Of a stretch of 64,000 nt of DNA, positions 9,965 to 19,622 are shown in pieces. The first letter of the stretch is position 1. Every line of letters starts with the position of its first letter. The DNA is from Candidatus Latescibacterota bacterium (GTDB lineage: Bacteria > Latescibacterota > UBA2968 > UBA8231), in assembly GCA_965221775.1 (NCBI GenBank), contig CBDCSU010000006.1:1888001-1952000 (forward strand), read 5' to 3'. Below the pieces are notes generated by a model, which saw only the letters and a program-made list of their open reading frames with translations, did no database searches and was not told where the DNA came from. A program made the translations under genes and the position numbers.

Positions 9965-10972
9965 TCAGGCGCAGAGTGGGTGCTCGGTCTGGGGCCGCCG
10001 GAAGGGGATGTCGATCTTGCCGCCCTGGTTGATCATCGACATGTTGGCGCGCGCCTCGAGCCAGGAGCGGTGCCAGGCCTCGGGATCGCGCAGCTCCGTC
10101 TCGGGGTTGGCGCGGCTGCGGGCGACGAAGCCGGGGAAGGCGGTGCGGCCGGTGGGCTCGTGGGTGGGGTTGTAGCGCAGGTCGAAGCTGAAGCGGACCT
10201 CGTCGCTGGTGTTGGAGAGCGAGCCGTGGACGGTCTGCTTGTGCATGAAGATGACCGCGCCCGGAGCCACGGGCAGAGCCCGCGAGTGCTCGGCGTCGAA
10301 GAGCTTCTCGGGGATCTGGGTGCTGCCGGCGGACTTGGGGCCGTTGCCCATGTAGTTGGGGCAGTGGGGCAGCAGGCCACTGCGGTGCGAGCCCGGCACG
10401 ACGTGGAGGGGCCCCTTCTCCATGGGAGTGTCCTCCAGCGAGAACCAGACGGTGAGCATGCGGGTCTCGTCGGCCTCCTCGGTGACCACGCCGTGGTCCT
10501 GGTGCCACTGGGTGGCCCCGAGGACGGGGTTGCCGTGGGCGTTGGTGGGCAGATGCTGCTCGGGCGGCTTGATGCGCACGTGCTGCACCGGGTTGGAGTA
10601 GATCTCGGAACCGATGAGAGACTCCACCGCGTCGAGGAGGTCCGCGTCGGTGAGGGCCCGGAAGACGGCGGGGCCGGCCCAGAAGGGAGTGTCGGGCTTG
10701 ACGTTCTGAAAGGGCAGGGAAAAGTCGAAGTACTGGCTGTGGACGGTACCGGTCTCGATGCAGATCCGGATGTAGCGGTCGCCGAAGTCGAGGTGCTCGT
10801 AGCGCGAGGGGATCTCGCCGCGTTCGTAGAGCTCGTCGGCGAGCCGGTCGAGGACCTCGGCGTACTCCTCGATCACCGGATCGAGGGTCTTCTCCGGGTC
10901 GATGACGTCATCGACGACGACGTAGCCCTGGTCTTCGAAGTGCTCGATCTGCTCGCGGGTGAGGGCGGGCAT
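9965..10972 (-). CDS. Phytanoyl-CoA dioxygenase (PhyH) family protein
   Basis: WHQD (HxD), VPGSH, H..HGS..N...RFSFDLRY. Confidence 0.9.
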   Translation of the reverse strand: MPALTREQIEHFEDQGYVVVDDVIDPEKTLDPVIEEYAEVLDRLADELYERGEIPSRYEHLDFGDRYIRICIETGTVHSQYFDFSLPFQNVKPDTPFWAGPAVFRALTDADLLDAVESLIGSEIYSNPVQHVRIKPPEQHLPTNAHGNPVLGATQWHQDHGVVTEEADETRMLTVWFSLEDTPMEKGPLHVVPGSHRSGLLPHCPNYMGNGPKSAGSTQIPEKLFDAEHSRALPVAPGAVIFMHKQTVHGSLSNTSDEVRFSFDLRYNPTHEPTGRTAFPGFVARSRANPETELRDPEAWHRSWLEARANMSMINQGGKIDIPFRRPQTEHPLCA

Positions 10973-11036
10973 GGAATCCTCCGGGTGGTGACGTTCAAGG
11001 GGCGGTCTTCGGCAGCTAATGTACGCCCCCCGTGCT

Positions 11037-11249
11037 TCAGAAGAACATTTTGTAGAGCAGGCGCAGGTTGCGCAGGACGTGGACGCCGGGGGGCACGTTG
11101 GCGAAGAAGAAGTACCCCCCGGCGTCGCTGGTCCGGGCCCGGTCGAGGCCCTCGATGACCACGGTGGTCCAGCCCACGGCCTGGCCGCTCTCGTTGTCGA
11201 CTACGTGACCGGCCAGACCCAGCAGGAGCAGGAGAGTGGGGCGAGAGCC
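11037..11249 (-). pseudogene. Internally deleted TonB-dependent receptor remnant
   Basis: Reads LLLLLGLAGHVVDNESGQAVGWTTVVIEGLDRARTSDAGGYFFFANVPPGVHVL (carboxypeptidase-regulatory-like N-domain), joined directly to RNLRLLYKMFF* (terminal beta-strand ending in F); no in-frame start. Confidence 0.6.
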
Positions 11250-11783
11250 CTAGCCGTCGTCGTCGTGGTCGTCGTCCTCGTGGTCCTCGTCGTCATGGTC
11301 GTGTTCCTCGCCCGGACCGCCCTCCTCGACGTGGATCTCGATCTCCTTGGAGACGAAGTCGGCGTGCCCGCTGTGAAGGATCTTGAGGACGAGGGTGGTC
11401 TCCCCCTCTTCGAGGCCGACGATGTGGAAGGCCCAGGCGCCGTCCTCATCGTGCTGCTCCACATCGGCGATCGTGTCGTCGCCGATCTCCCAGCCGAGGG
11501 AGAAGCCTTCGTCGGCGTGGGGTTCGAAGAGGTCGCCGTCCTCGGCGATGAAGCGCACCGAGAGCAGGGGCGTCTCCCGGTCGTGGCCCACCTCGATGAC
11601 GCCCTCGACCTCGCCGTTCTCCTGGCGCACGATCTCCTCGCCGCTGCTGCGGATGACCAGACCGAACGCTTCGGCGTGTTCTTCGTCGTGGGGCTCGGGG
11701 TCGACGGGGTTGGCGTCGTCGCCGCACCCCGTCAGGAGGGGGAAGAGGAGAGCGACACTTAGAGCGGTGATGTTCCTGAGCAT
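11250..11783 (-). CDS. Lipoprotein with His/Asp-rich C-terminal tail, probable metal-binding protein
   Basis: LTGC lipobox, HAEAFG, LHSGHADF, tail EEHDHDDEDHEDDDHDDDG; GGAG RBS. Confidence 0.75.
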   Translation of the reverse strand: MLRNITALSVALLFPLLTGCGDDANPVDPEPHDEEHAEAFGLVIRSSGEEIVRQENGEVEGVIEVGHDRETPLLSVRFIAEDGDLFEPHADEGFSLGWEIGDDTIADVEQHDEDGAWAFHIVGLEEGETTLVLKILHSGHADFVSKEIEIHVEEGGPGEEHDHDDEDHEDDDHDDDG

Positions 11784-11856
11784 TGCGGGTTCTCCATTGG
11801 GTTGAGGAAGGGGACCGGCCCTTTGCCGTCTGGTCCCGGAGGTACGACAAGAGAGC

Positions 11857-11911
11857 GCATCCGCACCCGGCGGCAAACCGCCGGACGGATCACTGAATCA
11901 GGTGCGGATGC
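11857..11911 (-). promoter_or_regulatory. Nested hairpin immediately after the RAPP ORF stop (candidate attenuator)
   Basis: 11-bp stem GCATCCGCACC (11857-11867) / GGTGCGGATGC (11901-11911) enclosing CCGGCGG-caaa-CCGCCGG. Confidence 0.55.
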
Positions 11912-12238
11912 TCAGGAACGGGGAGGTGCGCGGGGGCCCTGCGTCGCCAGGTGGATGGCGCAGGGCGCGGAGACTTCGGGATGGCGGAGCGGGGTCTCCC
12001 GGAGCGGCGGCGCCAGGAGCAGCAGACCGAAGACGGCGAGGACGGCGAGGGCGAGGGCCGCCGAAAGGGCCGATACCGGGCACTGCTCGATCTCGAGCCG
12101 CCCGTCGTGGTGCAGGTGGTGCAGCAGGGGAAGGGACAGGGACAAGGACAGCACCAGCGCGGCCAGGGCCAGGATGCCGGCGCCGGGACCGTTGCGCTTC
12201 TGTCCGAAGAGGGAGGGTGCCATCGTGGTAGGAGTCAC
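11912..12238 (-). CDS. DUF2946-like leader protein with C-terminal RAPP arrest motif
   Basis: Hydrophobic segment, HHLHH..CPV, Pro-rich linker, ends GPRAPPRS*; start uncertain. Confidence 0.65.
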   Translation of the reverse strand: MTPTTMAPSLFGQKRNGPGAGILALAALVLSLSLSLPLLHHLHHDGRLEIEQCPVSALSAALALAVLAVFGLLLLAPPLRETPLRHPEVSAPCAIHLATQGPRAPPRS

Positions 12239-12363
12239 ACCTGGTCCGTGTGAGCGTTCAGAACGCCCCTCCGGGAGGCTTCGCCTCGGACCGGAAGGCA
12301 GACCCGGAAAAATAGTGATTGCGGGTCCGGCCCGTCATCCCTCGGGCAGGTTCGACATGCGGA

Positions 12364-13515
12364 TCAGCCGGTGCACCGCCTCAGCCACCCGAGGTTGGGC
12401 CGGGGCATGATCCCGTAGTTGTAGTAGGAGAACTGCTCCACCCCTTGGCGCCGGGCCGCCTCCACCTGGGCCAGCAGCCCGTCGGCGTCGACGGCGCAGG
12501 GGTAGTAGGCCTGCAGGCCCACCACCAGACGCCGGAGATCGGGCACGGTCTCGCCCATGGCGGCCAGCCGCTGGGTGATCTTCTCCGGGGCGTCGACGTA
12601 GGCCAGGATCTCCACCAGGTCGGCGGTGGCGGCCATGCGCGCCGCGTCGATGCCGGCACCCCAGCGGTCGCCCATGAGCAGGAAGGAGACCTCGACGCCG
12701 GTGGCCCGCTGGACTTCTTCCACCAGCGAGACGACCAGGTCCTCGCGCAGGGCCTGGTAGGCCTGCAGCTCTGGATGGCCGGCGACGAGTTCCTCGGGGC
12801 TGCTCTCCAGGGGGCCGCCGCCGGCGAAGACCCCGTCGAGCTGGCCGCGCACCCAGCGCTGCAGACCCTCGCCGTCGATCCCCCGCTCGCGCGCCCGGTC
12901 CAGGCAGCCGGGGGAGAAGCTCAGGCTGAAGAGGTAGCGCCCGGCGGCGCCCAGGTTCACCCCGTCCTTGACGTGGTAGTGGGCGTGGCCGTACCCGCCG
13001 AAGGCGCAGGACTCGAGCTCCAGGCGGCGGACCTGGTAGTTGAGGACGAGGTCGCGGCACAGGGCGATCAGGTAGGCGCGCACATCCGGCTCGCCCGGGC
13101 ACAGGGACCAGCCGGGATTGTCTCCGTAGGCGGTCCGTTCGGCGCACCGGGGGTAGTTCACGGCCAGATCGGTGTTGTGCAGGCCCACGGTCCACGAGAT
13201 CAGGTCGAGCCCCTCGCGCTGGCAGGCCCCGGCCAGGCGGGCGAGGGGATTGGCTTGGCGCGCCAGGGGGGCCACCTGCGGGCGCAGCACGGTATCGTGG
13301 TAGAGGGCGGGATCGGGCTGGAAGTAGAGGGCGGCGGTGTTAGCGGTCAGCAGCTTGGCGCCGGGGCGCTGCGGGCGCAGCTGCTGGAAGGTGTGATACG
13401 CCGTGGCGACGCTGATGGCGTCGAGGCCCAGTTCCTGGCGGAGGTAGCGGACGGAGTCCTCGATGCCGTCGTCGACCAGGTCCCACAAGTAGGACCAGAG
13501 GGTGTGGCAGGCCAT
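12364..13515 (-). CDS. Hypothetical protein, probable glycoside-hydrolase-like TIM barrel
   Basis: MACHTLWSYLWDL..ATAYH..WTVGLHN..LCP..ELES..YYNYG; host-like codon usage; ATG overlaps the upstream stop. Confidence 0.6.
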   Translation of the reverse strand: MACHTLWSYLWDLVDDGIEDSVRYLRQELGLDAISVATAYHTFQQLRPQRPGAKLLTANTAALYFQPDPALYHDTVLRPQVAPLARQANPLARLAGACQREGLDLISWTVGLHNTDLAVNYPRCAERTAYGDNPGWSLCPGEPDVRAYLIALCRDLVLNYQVRRLELESCAFGGYGHAHYHVKDGVNLGAAGRYLFSLSFSPGCLDRARERGIDGEGLQRWVRGQLDGVFAGGGPLESSPEELVAGHPELQAYQALREDLVVSLVEEVQRATGVEVSFLLMGDRWGAGIDAARMAATADLVEILAYVDAPEKITQRLAAMGETVPDLRRLVVGLQAYYPCAVDADGLLAQVEAARRQGVEQFSYYNYGIMPRPNLGWLRRCTG

Positions 13516-14660
13516 CAGAAGGCCCGGCTGAAGCGGGCGAAGTAGCGCCAGCCGCTCCGCGGGCCGTCCAGGGGCCGCGCCAGGCCGATGCGGAACTCCT
13601 CGTCGAGACGAGCGGCGAAGCCCAGGCTTCTCCGGAAGCGCGCCTCTTGCTCCGGCTCGGGGCCTCCCCGCTCCAGGGCCCGGCGGGCGCCCTCGGGGGA
13701 ATACCAGGCGGCCCCCGTGTCCAGCAGGACCCCCACGCCCTCGACCCAGTACTCGATGTTGAGCAGGACCATCCGGTCGCCGGAGAACGCCTTGTGCGGG
13801 TAGCCGCGCAGGGTGGCGAAACCCCCGAGGTGGTAGAGGTACTGGCGGGGCAGTTCGCCGGAGCCGCGGCCCAGGCGCAGGCGCAGGTCCAGCTCGTTGT
13901 CGCCGTGGTGCAGGTAGCGCCGGGCGTCGAGCAGGTAGCGGCGAAAGGCGAAGTCGCCGCCGAGACGGCCCCCGCCGCGCTCGACCATGCCGTCGACCCG
14001 CCACTTCCGGCCCGACCACCACGGGAACTCCGGGCCCTTCGCCTGCACGTCGAGACGCAGGCTGTAGGCCCGGCCTTCGTCGGCGGCGGGGTTGTCGTTG
14101 AAGGTCTCGCGCGCCAGCCGCGTGCGCAGCGGGTGCCAGCGCCCCAGGTGCCAGTCCACGGGGCTCCAGTTCGACCGGGACTCGAGGGAGAAGAACTCGT
14201 CCCGCTTCCAGCGGCCCGTCACCTGCACCTGGCCGTCGAGGTGGTAGCGGGAGTAGAGGCTCCATCCCCGGCGCTGGTAGTAGTCGAAGTAGTCGCGGCG
14301 GAAGAGGGCGGCGTAGACCGAGTTCTCCTCGGGAGTCAGCAGCCAGGAGTCCTGGGACTCGATCCGGTCGTGCAGCTCGGCGCCGAGACTTTCTCGTCTT
14401 TGGGGCGAGTCCCGCAGGAAGAACTCCTCGAGGCCCACCTGGTACTGCCATTGGCGGGCGCCGAAGGCATAGCCCAGATGGCCGTAGCCGGCCGAGCCGC
14501 GGCCGGTGGCGGCGGGGTAGGCGAGGTCCTTGCGGGCGCCCAGGTAGATCCCCTCGACCCGGTTGAAGCGCAGCTCCCCCTCCTCCGCGGCGTGCACTTC
14601 GGGTGCGGCGGCCAGGCCGGCCACCAGCATGATTCGCCAGCAGGCGTTGATTCTGCTCAT
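13515..14660 (-). CDS. Outer-membrane beta-barrel protein (BamA/TamA surface-antigen-like)
   Basis: Signal peptide, RFNRVEG, LGGFATLRGY..FSGDRMVLLNIEY, C-terminal F. Confidence 0.7.
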   Translation of the reverse strand: MSRINACWRIMLVAGLAAAPEVHAAEEGELRFNRVEGIYLGARKDLAYPAATGRGSAGYGHLGYAFGARQWQYQVGLEEFFLRDSPQRRESLGAELHDRIESQDSWLLTPEENSVYAALFRRDYFDYYQRRGWSLYSRYHLDGQVQVTGRWKRDEFFSLESRSNWSPVDWHLGRWHPLRTRLARETFNDNPAADEGRAYSLRLDVQAKGPEFPWWSGRKWRVDGMVERGGGRLGGDFAFRRYLLDARRYLHHGDNELDLRLRLGRGSGELPRQYLYHLGGFATLRGYPHKAFSGDRMVLLNIEYWVEGVGVLLDTGAAWYSPEGARRALERGGPEPEQEARFRRSLGFAARLDEEFRIGLARPLDGPRSGWRYFARFSRAF

Positions 14661-14741
14661 CGGATACCTCCCGGGCGGGACCCTACCGAGCAGCCGAAAA
14701 CCTGTCAAGGACAGGGCGCGGGGCAGCCAGGCTCCCGGGGC

Positions 14742-16516
14742 TCACCTCGCCAGCACCAGCCGCCGCGTGCGGGTCTCGCCGCCGGCGCGCAGCCGGTAGA
14801 GGTAGACGCCGGAGGCCACCTCGCCGCCGGTGTCGTCGGTGCCGTCCCAGGCGACCCGGTGCCGGCCCGGAGGCAGGGCCTGACGGGGGAGCAGGTATCG
14901 CACCCGGCGGCCCTGCAGATCCAGGATGGACAGGCGGCAGGCGGTCGGGGCCGGCAGGCTGAAGGCGATGGTCGTCCAGGCGTTGAAGGGGTTGGGAGAG
15001 TTCTGGGCCAGGGCGAAGGCCTCGGGCGAGGCGGAGCCCAGTCCCACGGCCGTGACGGCCTCCACCGGGAAGACCTGCGAATCGACGCCGAGGTGGCTGC
15101 GCAGCTGGAAGTGGGCGGGGGGTCCCGCGGGGTCCGGCTGCATGACCTGCTCGAAGGCCGCCAGTGCCCCCAGTCACCGGACCGGCCGCGGAAGCGCACC
15201 GCCTGAGGGTTCCCCCGCACCTCGTGGAAGCGCAGGGACCGGCCTCCGTCGGCGCCTCTCTCGATCTCCAGGCGGGCGCGGGACAGGCCGCCTTGGATGC
15301 GGAAGAAGTGGACCTGGGAGACATCGCGTCCATCCGCCAGCCGGAAGTCGGTGAAGGTGCCGACGATGGCGCCGTCGGCGGTCAGCTCGCGGGCGCCGCC
15401 GATGGAGTAGGGGTTCCAGCTCTGGTCGGAGACGGCGTAGTCGTACCAGGTCTCGCCGTTGTCGTCGCTGGCCAGGCAGCCGAGGCGGCCGCCGGCGCTC
15501 GACACGTAGTAGAGGGGGGCCTCCGGCAGACCGGCGCGGCTGGCGAAGAACCCGTCCAGGCTGGCGAGGCGGATCTCCTCGCCCTCGAAGGTGGGGTACA
15601 GGTCGACGTCCCGCGCCGCCGTCGCCAGGTCGTAGCGCACGTAGTGCTGGCGCCACGACTCGGCCTGGGCGGCGTAGACGAAGTGGGCCTTGCCGTCCTT
15701 GACGATCAGATTGGACAGCCAGGAGTGGATCTCGAACTCGTCGTCGAGGGTGACGCGGTCCGTGGGGCCGGTATCGTCCACCCGGACCGGGATCTGCAGC
15801 GGCGTGCCGTCCATGCGGCGCCAGCTCCGGGCGCCGTCGTCGGAGGCCATGTAGTGGATGTCCCAGTACATGTAGACGCCGTGCTGGAGCGTCGTCCAGG
15901 CGGCGTGCAGCACGCCGGAAGGGTCGAGGAAGGAGAGGGGGTACTGGGCCCCCGCGTTGTCGCCGTCCACGGTCAGCTGATGCCGTTCGAGGACGGTGCC
16001 GTCGAGGCCGAGGACGAAGAGGGAGCGGCCCCAGGTGAAGTAGTAGAGCCGGCCCCGGGCCTCGTCGAGGTTCATGCAGTACTTGCCGGCGCTGCCGCCC
16101 GGGATGCGCGACACCGACGGTTGCGAGAAATCCTCGCCGGCCGGGAAGCGGTAGAGGCTGGCGCTGCCGTCGACGAAGTCGGAGCGCACCAGGTAGAGGT
16201 TGCCGGCGGCGTCGGTCTCGATCGCCGGCGGGTTGGTGGCGTCCACCGACTCGTACACGGTCTCGAAGGTGGCTCCGCCGTCGACGCTGCGGGAGAGGCG
16301 CCACTGCTGGGCGGTGAAGGCCTCGTTGCGCGACCGGAGGTGGGTGGTGAAGATGCCCCGGGGGTTGGAGGCCACCTTCTGGTTGTGGGACTGGAAGGTG
16401 GCGTACCCGGCGGCCTCGGCGTCGAGCACGGTGAGGCGCACCTCCGTCAGCCCGGCGGCATGGGCGGTCACGGCAGCGGCGAGGCCGCCGGCGAGGAGAA
16501 GGGGAATCCGCTGCAT
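14742..16516 (-). pseudogene. Secreted BNR/sialidase-like repeat protein with C-terminal FlgD sorting domain; frameshift near 15156
   Basis: Asp-boxes SVDGGATF, SDDGARSW, SDDNGETW in the first frame; FALAQNSPNPFN..WDGTDDTG..SGVYLYRL in a second frame; one added base at TGG CGG CC|TTC GAG joins them. Confidence 0.7.
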
Positions 16517-16538
16517 CGCTGATCTCCCATGGGAGGCG

Positions 16539-17903
16539 TCAGTCCTCCCCCGCCGGCGCCCAGCGGTAGGAGTAGAGACTGGCGTTGCGCAGGTTGAACC
16601 GCAGGTGCACGCGCCCCCCGGCCTGGGGCGGGACCACGTCTCCGCGCCAGCCCGGGGTCAGGTCGATCCCGTCCCGTCCGGAGAGCCGGCTGTCTACGGC
16701 GCCGTGTCCCTCGATCACCTCGCCGTCGGGGCGCAGGACCTCGACGCTGGCGTCCCCGGAGCCGGCGTTGAGGTTCACGGTGAGCCGCCGCGGCACGGTG
16801 GCGTCGAGGGCCGCCGTGAGCAGGAAGCCGGGGTCCATCCGGCCCTCGATGGAGACGAATCCGTCGCGCCGGATCGAGGCCAGGCCCATGGCCCGGCGGT
16901 GCTCGCCCTTCGAGCCGTGGTGGGTGCCGCCGCCCGAGTACCAGAAGCGCAGACGGTCGCCCGCGGCCTCCGGGGCGTTGTTGGTGGGGACCACCCAGTG
17001 GGAGTCCCAGCTGCCCTCGCCGCCCCTCGCCAGGACGGGGTCGCGGTGGCCCACGCGCTGCCAGTGACGGCCGTCGCGGCTCCAGCACAGCTGCGTGTCC
17101 AGGCGCTCCACGGCGCGGTGGTAGACCTCCAGGAAGCCGATCATCCCGGCGCCGTAGCGCAGGGGGAACATGCTGTAGAACTCGGTGCCGGGGCGGTCGT
17201 GCTCGTCGGCCCTCAGCAGGTGCCCCCGAAAGGACCACTCCCACAGATCCTCGCTCTCCCAGAGGGAGACCTCCCGCTGGCGCAGGACCCCGGCGGCGGT
17301 GGCCCTGCGGGTGGTCAGCATCCACATGTCGCGCACGGGATCGCGGGAGACGGAGTAGCGGTCGCCGGCGCGGATCACCGGCTCCTGCCCGACGGTCCAG
17401 TGGATGCCGTCCGGGGAGGCGGCCCGGTAGATGCCCCGCTGCCGCCGGCTCCCGCTCTGGTAGAGGGTGGCGACGAAGCGCTCGCCGGGCGCCGCGCCCG
17501 GCGGGTCGAGCCAGGGGAAGAGCAGACGCGCGTTCGAGTCCCGGGGCAGGGCGACGATGTTGGTGGGCGCTCCGTCGCCGTCGCGCATCACGTCGAGGGC
17601 CGGCTTCTCCCAGTGGATGCCGTCGGGGGAGGTGGCGTACCCGGTCCCGTAGCGGCACGGCGAGGGCTCGTTGGAGGTCGCCCCCAGGTACCAGCACTTG
17701 TAGAGCCCGTCCGCCGGGTCGAGGAGGACGCGCCGCGGCACCACCTGCCCCGTCTCCCAGGGCCGGTCGGGGGGCAGCACCGGCTCCAGGGACTCGCGGC
17801 GCATCGGGTTGATCAGCCGCGTCACCCCGGCGAGGGAGTCGATCTCCTCGTCGGACAGGAACAGGTGCAGGTGGGGGTCGGGCCAGCCCGCTGGAATGCT
17901 CAT
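16539..17903 (-). CDS. GH32/GH43-like five-bladed beta-propeller protein
   Basis: YKCWY..YATSPDGIHWEKP, SRDGRHW, RRDGFVS. Confidence 0.7.
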   Translation of the reverse strand: MSIPAGWPDPHLHLFLSDEEIDSLAGVTRLINPMRRESLEPVLPPDRPWETGQVVPRRVLLDPADGLYKCWYLGATSNEPSPCRYGTGYATSPDGIHWEKPALDVMRDGDGAPTNIVALPRDSNARLLFPWLDPPGAAPGERFVATLYQSGSRRQRGIYRAASPDGIHWTVGQEPVIRAGDRYSVSRDPVRDMWMLTTRRATAAGVLRQREVSLWESEDLWEWSFRGHLLRADEHDRPGTEFYSMFPLRYGAGMIGFLEVYHRAVERLDTQLCWSRDGRHWQRVGHRDPVLARGGEGSWDSHWVVPTNNAPEAAGDRLRFWYSGGGTHHGSKGEHRRAMGLASIRRDGFVSIEGRMDPGFLLTAALDATVPRRLTVNLNAGSGDASVEVLRPDGEVIEGHGAVDSRLSGRDGIDLTPGWRGDVVPPQAGGRVHLRFNLRNASLYSYRWAPAGED

Positions 17904-18044
17904 GGCGACGGTTCTCCTTGCCGCCAATCTATCGGCAGCAGAGGGGAGGGCAACCTGCCGGCCCTGCTCTCGCCGCCGGCGGGGCAATCGCCTTTGTTAC
18001 CCCGGCTCGCGGCAGGGACGCCGCCGGTCGAAGAGGAGGACCGA

Positions 18045-19547
18045 GTGACACGAGTGGTTCACGAGCCGGCACGGGAGGTGCCGGTCCTTCACGACACCGA
18101 GGTGCTGGTGGCGGGAGCCGGGATCGCCGGCCTATACGCGGCTCTCGAAGCCGCCGCCCACGGGGCGCGCACGACCCTGGTCGACGAGTACTCCACCGTG
18201 GGCGGCAACTACGGCCCCGGCCTGGGGTCGCGCCACGACCTCTGGCAGAGCCCGCGGCTTCACGAGCGCGGGCTGGGCGGGCAGGTGGGTGACTTCCTGG
18301 CCGAGCTGGACCGCCGCGGCGGCATCCGCACCTTCGACTTCATCAGCGGCGGCGACAACGTGCCGTGGCGGTGGAACGGCATGGCGCCGATCCCGGTGAT
18401 CGACCGCAACGAGTTCCAACGCCTCGCCCTGCAGCGCCTGCGGGAACTGGATGTGTCGCTGCTGCTGTCGACCACGGTGGCAGGGGCGATCGTCGAGGAC
18501 GGCGCTGTCCGCGGCGTCTTCGTGGAGACCCCCGACGGCCGCCGCGCGGTGCTGGCCCGGGTGGTGGTCGACACCACGGGGGAGGCCGACGTGGCCGCCG
18601 CCGCCGGCGCCGAGATCGATGAGCGCCACGCCAGCGACGAGTCCGGCATGGGCCTGTTCTTCCGCGTCGAGGGGGTGGACTGGGAGGAGTACGAGGCGTT
18701 CCGGGCCCGCGAGCGGGACAAGCCCCTGTCCGCTGGCGAGCAGCGCTGGGTCGACGAGGTGCTGGTCGAGGCGATGCAGATGGTCTGGAAGAACTACCCC
18801 CGGGAGCTGCTGCCCTTCATCATGGCGGACTGGGAGTCCGGCGCCTTCCGCTACGTGGCGCCGGTGCCGGGCGGGGCCTACGCCTACAAGATCCCCTTCG
18901 GGACCCACGACCAGGACGTGACCACCGTCGAGGTGCGCTGGCCGGCGGGCCGGCTGTCGGTCCTCAACGCCCTGGACCGCTCCACCATCGAGGCGGCGGC
19001 GCGCCAGCAGGCCTACGACACGATCGACTTCTACAGCCGCCACGTCCCCGGCTTCGGCGAGGCGCGGGTGAGCCAGACGGCCCCCTACATGGGCAACCGC
19101 TGGAGCCGCACCATCGTCCCCGACTACACCCTCACCGAGAAGGACATCGTCGACGAACGCAGGTTCGACGACGTGGTCCACGTGCTCACCACCCTCTACA
19201 AGTACGACGAGGAGGCCCGGCGCGGGGGCCGCACGCGGCGGCTCATCGATCTGAAGAACCGCGAGGAGGGCCACTTCTTCGACATGCCGCTGCGGCAGTT
19301 CATGCCCCGGGGGGTGGAGGGCCTGCTCGCCGCCGGCCGGTCGATCGGCCGGGAGCGCACCGCCAGCCTGCGCTGGCGCTGGATCGCCAAGGTCACCGGG
19401 GGCGTGGCCGGCATGGCGGCGGCGGAGGCCGCCGCCGCCGGGGTCTCGCCGCGGGAGGTGGACATCCGCTCCCTGCAGCGGGCCCTGGTGAAGGCCGGCT
19501 ACTACCTGGGCGAGCCGGATCGCCTGGGGGAGCTCGGGATCGCGTGA
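18045..19547 (+). CDS. FAD-dependent oxidoreductase (FAD_oxidored family)
   Basis: VAGAGIAG, VDTTGEADVA, LLAAGRSI; GAGGAGG RBS before GTG at 18045. Confidence 0.85.
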   Translation: MTRVVHEPAREVPVLHDTEVLVAGAGIAGLYAALEAAAHGARTTLVDEYSTVGGNYGPGLGSRHDLWQSPRLHERGLGGQVGDFLAELDRRGGIRTFDFISGGDNVPWRWNGMAPIPVIDRNEFQRLALQRLRELDVSLLLSTTVAGAIVEDGAVRGVFVETPDGRRAVLARVVVDTTGEADVAAAAGAEIDERHASDESGMGLFFRVEGVDWEEYEAFRARERDKPLSAGEQRWVDEVLVEAMQMVWKNYPRELLPFIMADWESGAFRYVAPVPGGAYAYKIPFGTHDQDVTTVEVRWPAGRLSVLNALDRSTIEAAARQQAYDTIDFYSRHVPGFGEARVSQTAPYMGNRWSRTIVPDYTLTEKDIVDERRFDDVVHVLTTLYKYDEEARRGGRTRRLIDLKNREEGHFFDMPLRQFMPRGVEGLLAAGRSIGRERTASLRWRWIAKVTGGVAGMAAAEAAAAGVSPREVDIRSLQRALVKAGYYLGEPDRLGELGIA

Positions 19548-19622
19548 GATAGCCCCGGGCCGGAACGGCTCCCCCGGGGCGGCCGCCTCGCCCGGCCCCG
19601 CCGGCCGTTCTATTATGACGAC

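Noticed and set aside
11250-11310. (GTC)n-like short tandem repeat
   Set aside because: It encodes the His/Asp-rich tail of the lipoprotein; it is not an independent repeat or array.
12240-12340. Hairpins upstream of the RAPP leader as a cobalamin or other riboswitch
   Set aside because: No recognisable conserved riboswitch boxes; GC-rich hairpins alone are insufficient.
16200-18044. N-terminal 615 codons of the 1115-aa plus-strand ORF
   Set aside because: Antisense shadow of the minus-strand propeller gene; the real CDS starts at GTG 18045 after a strong RBS.
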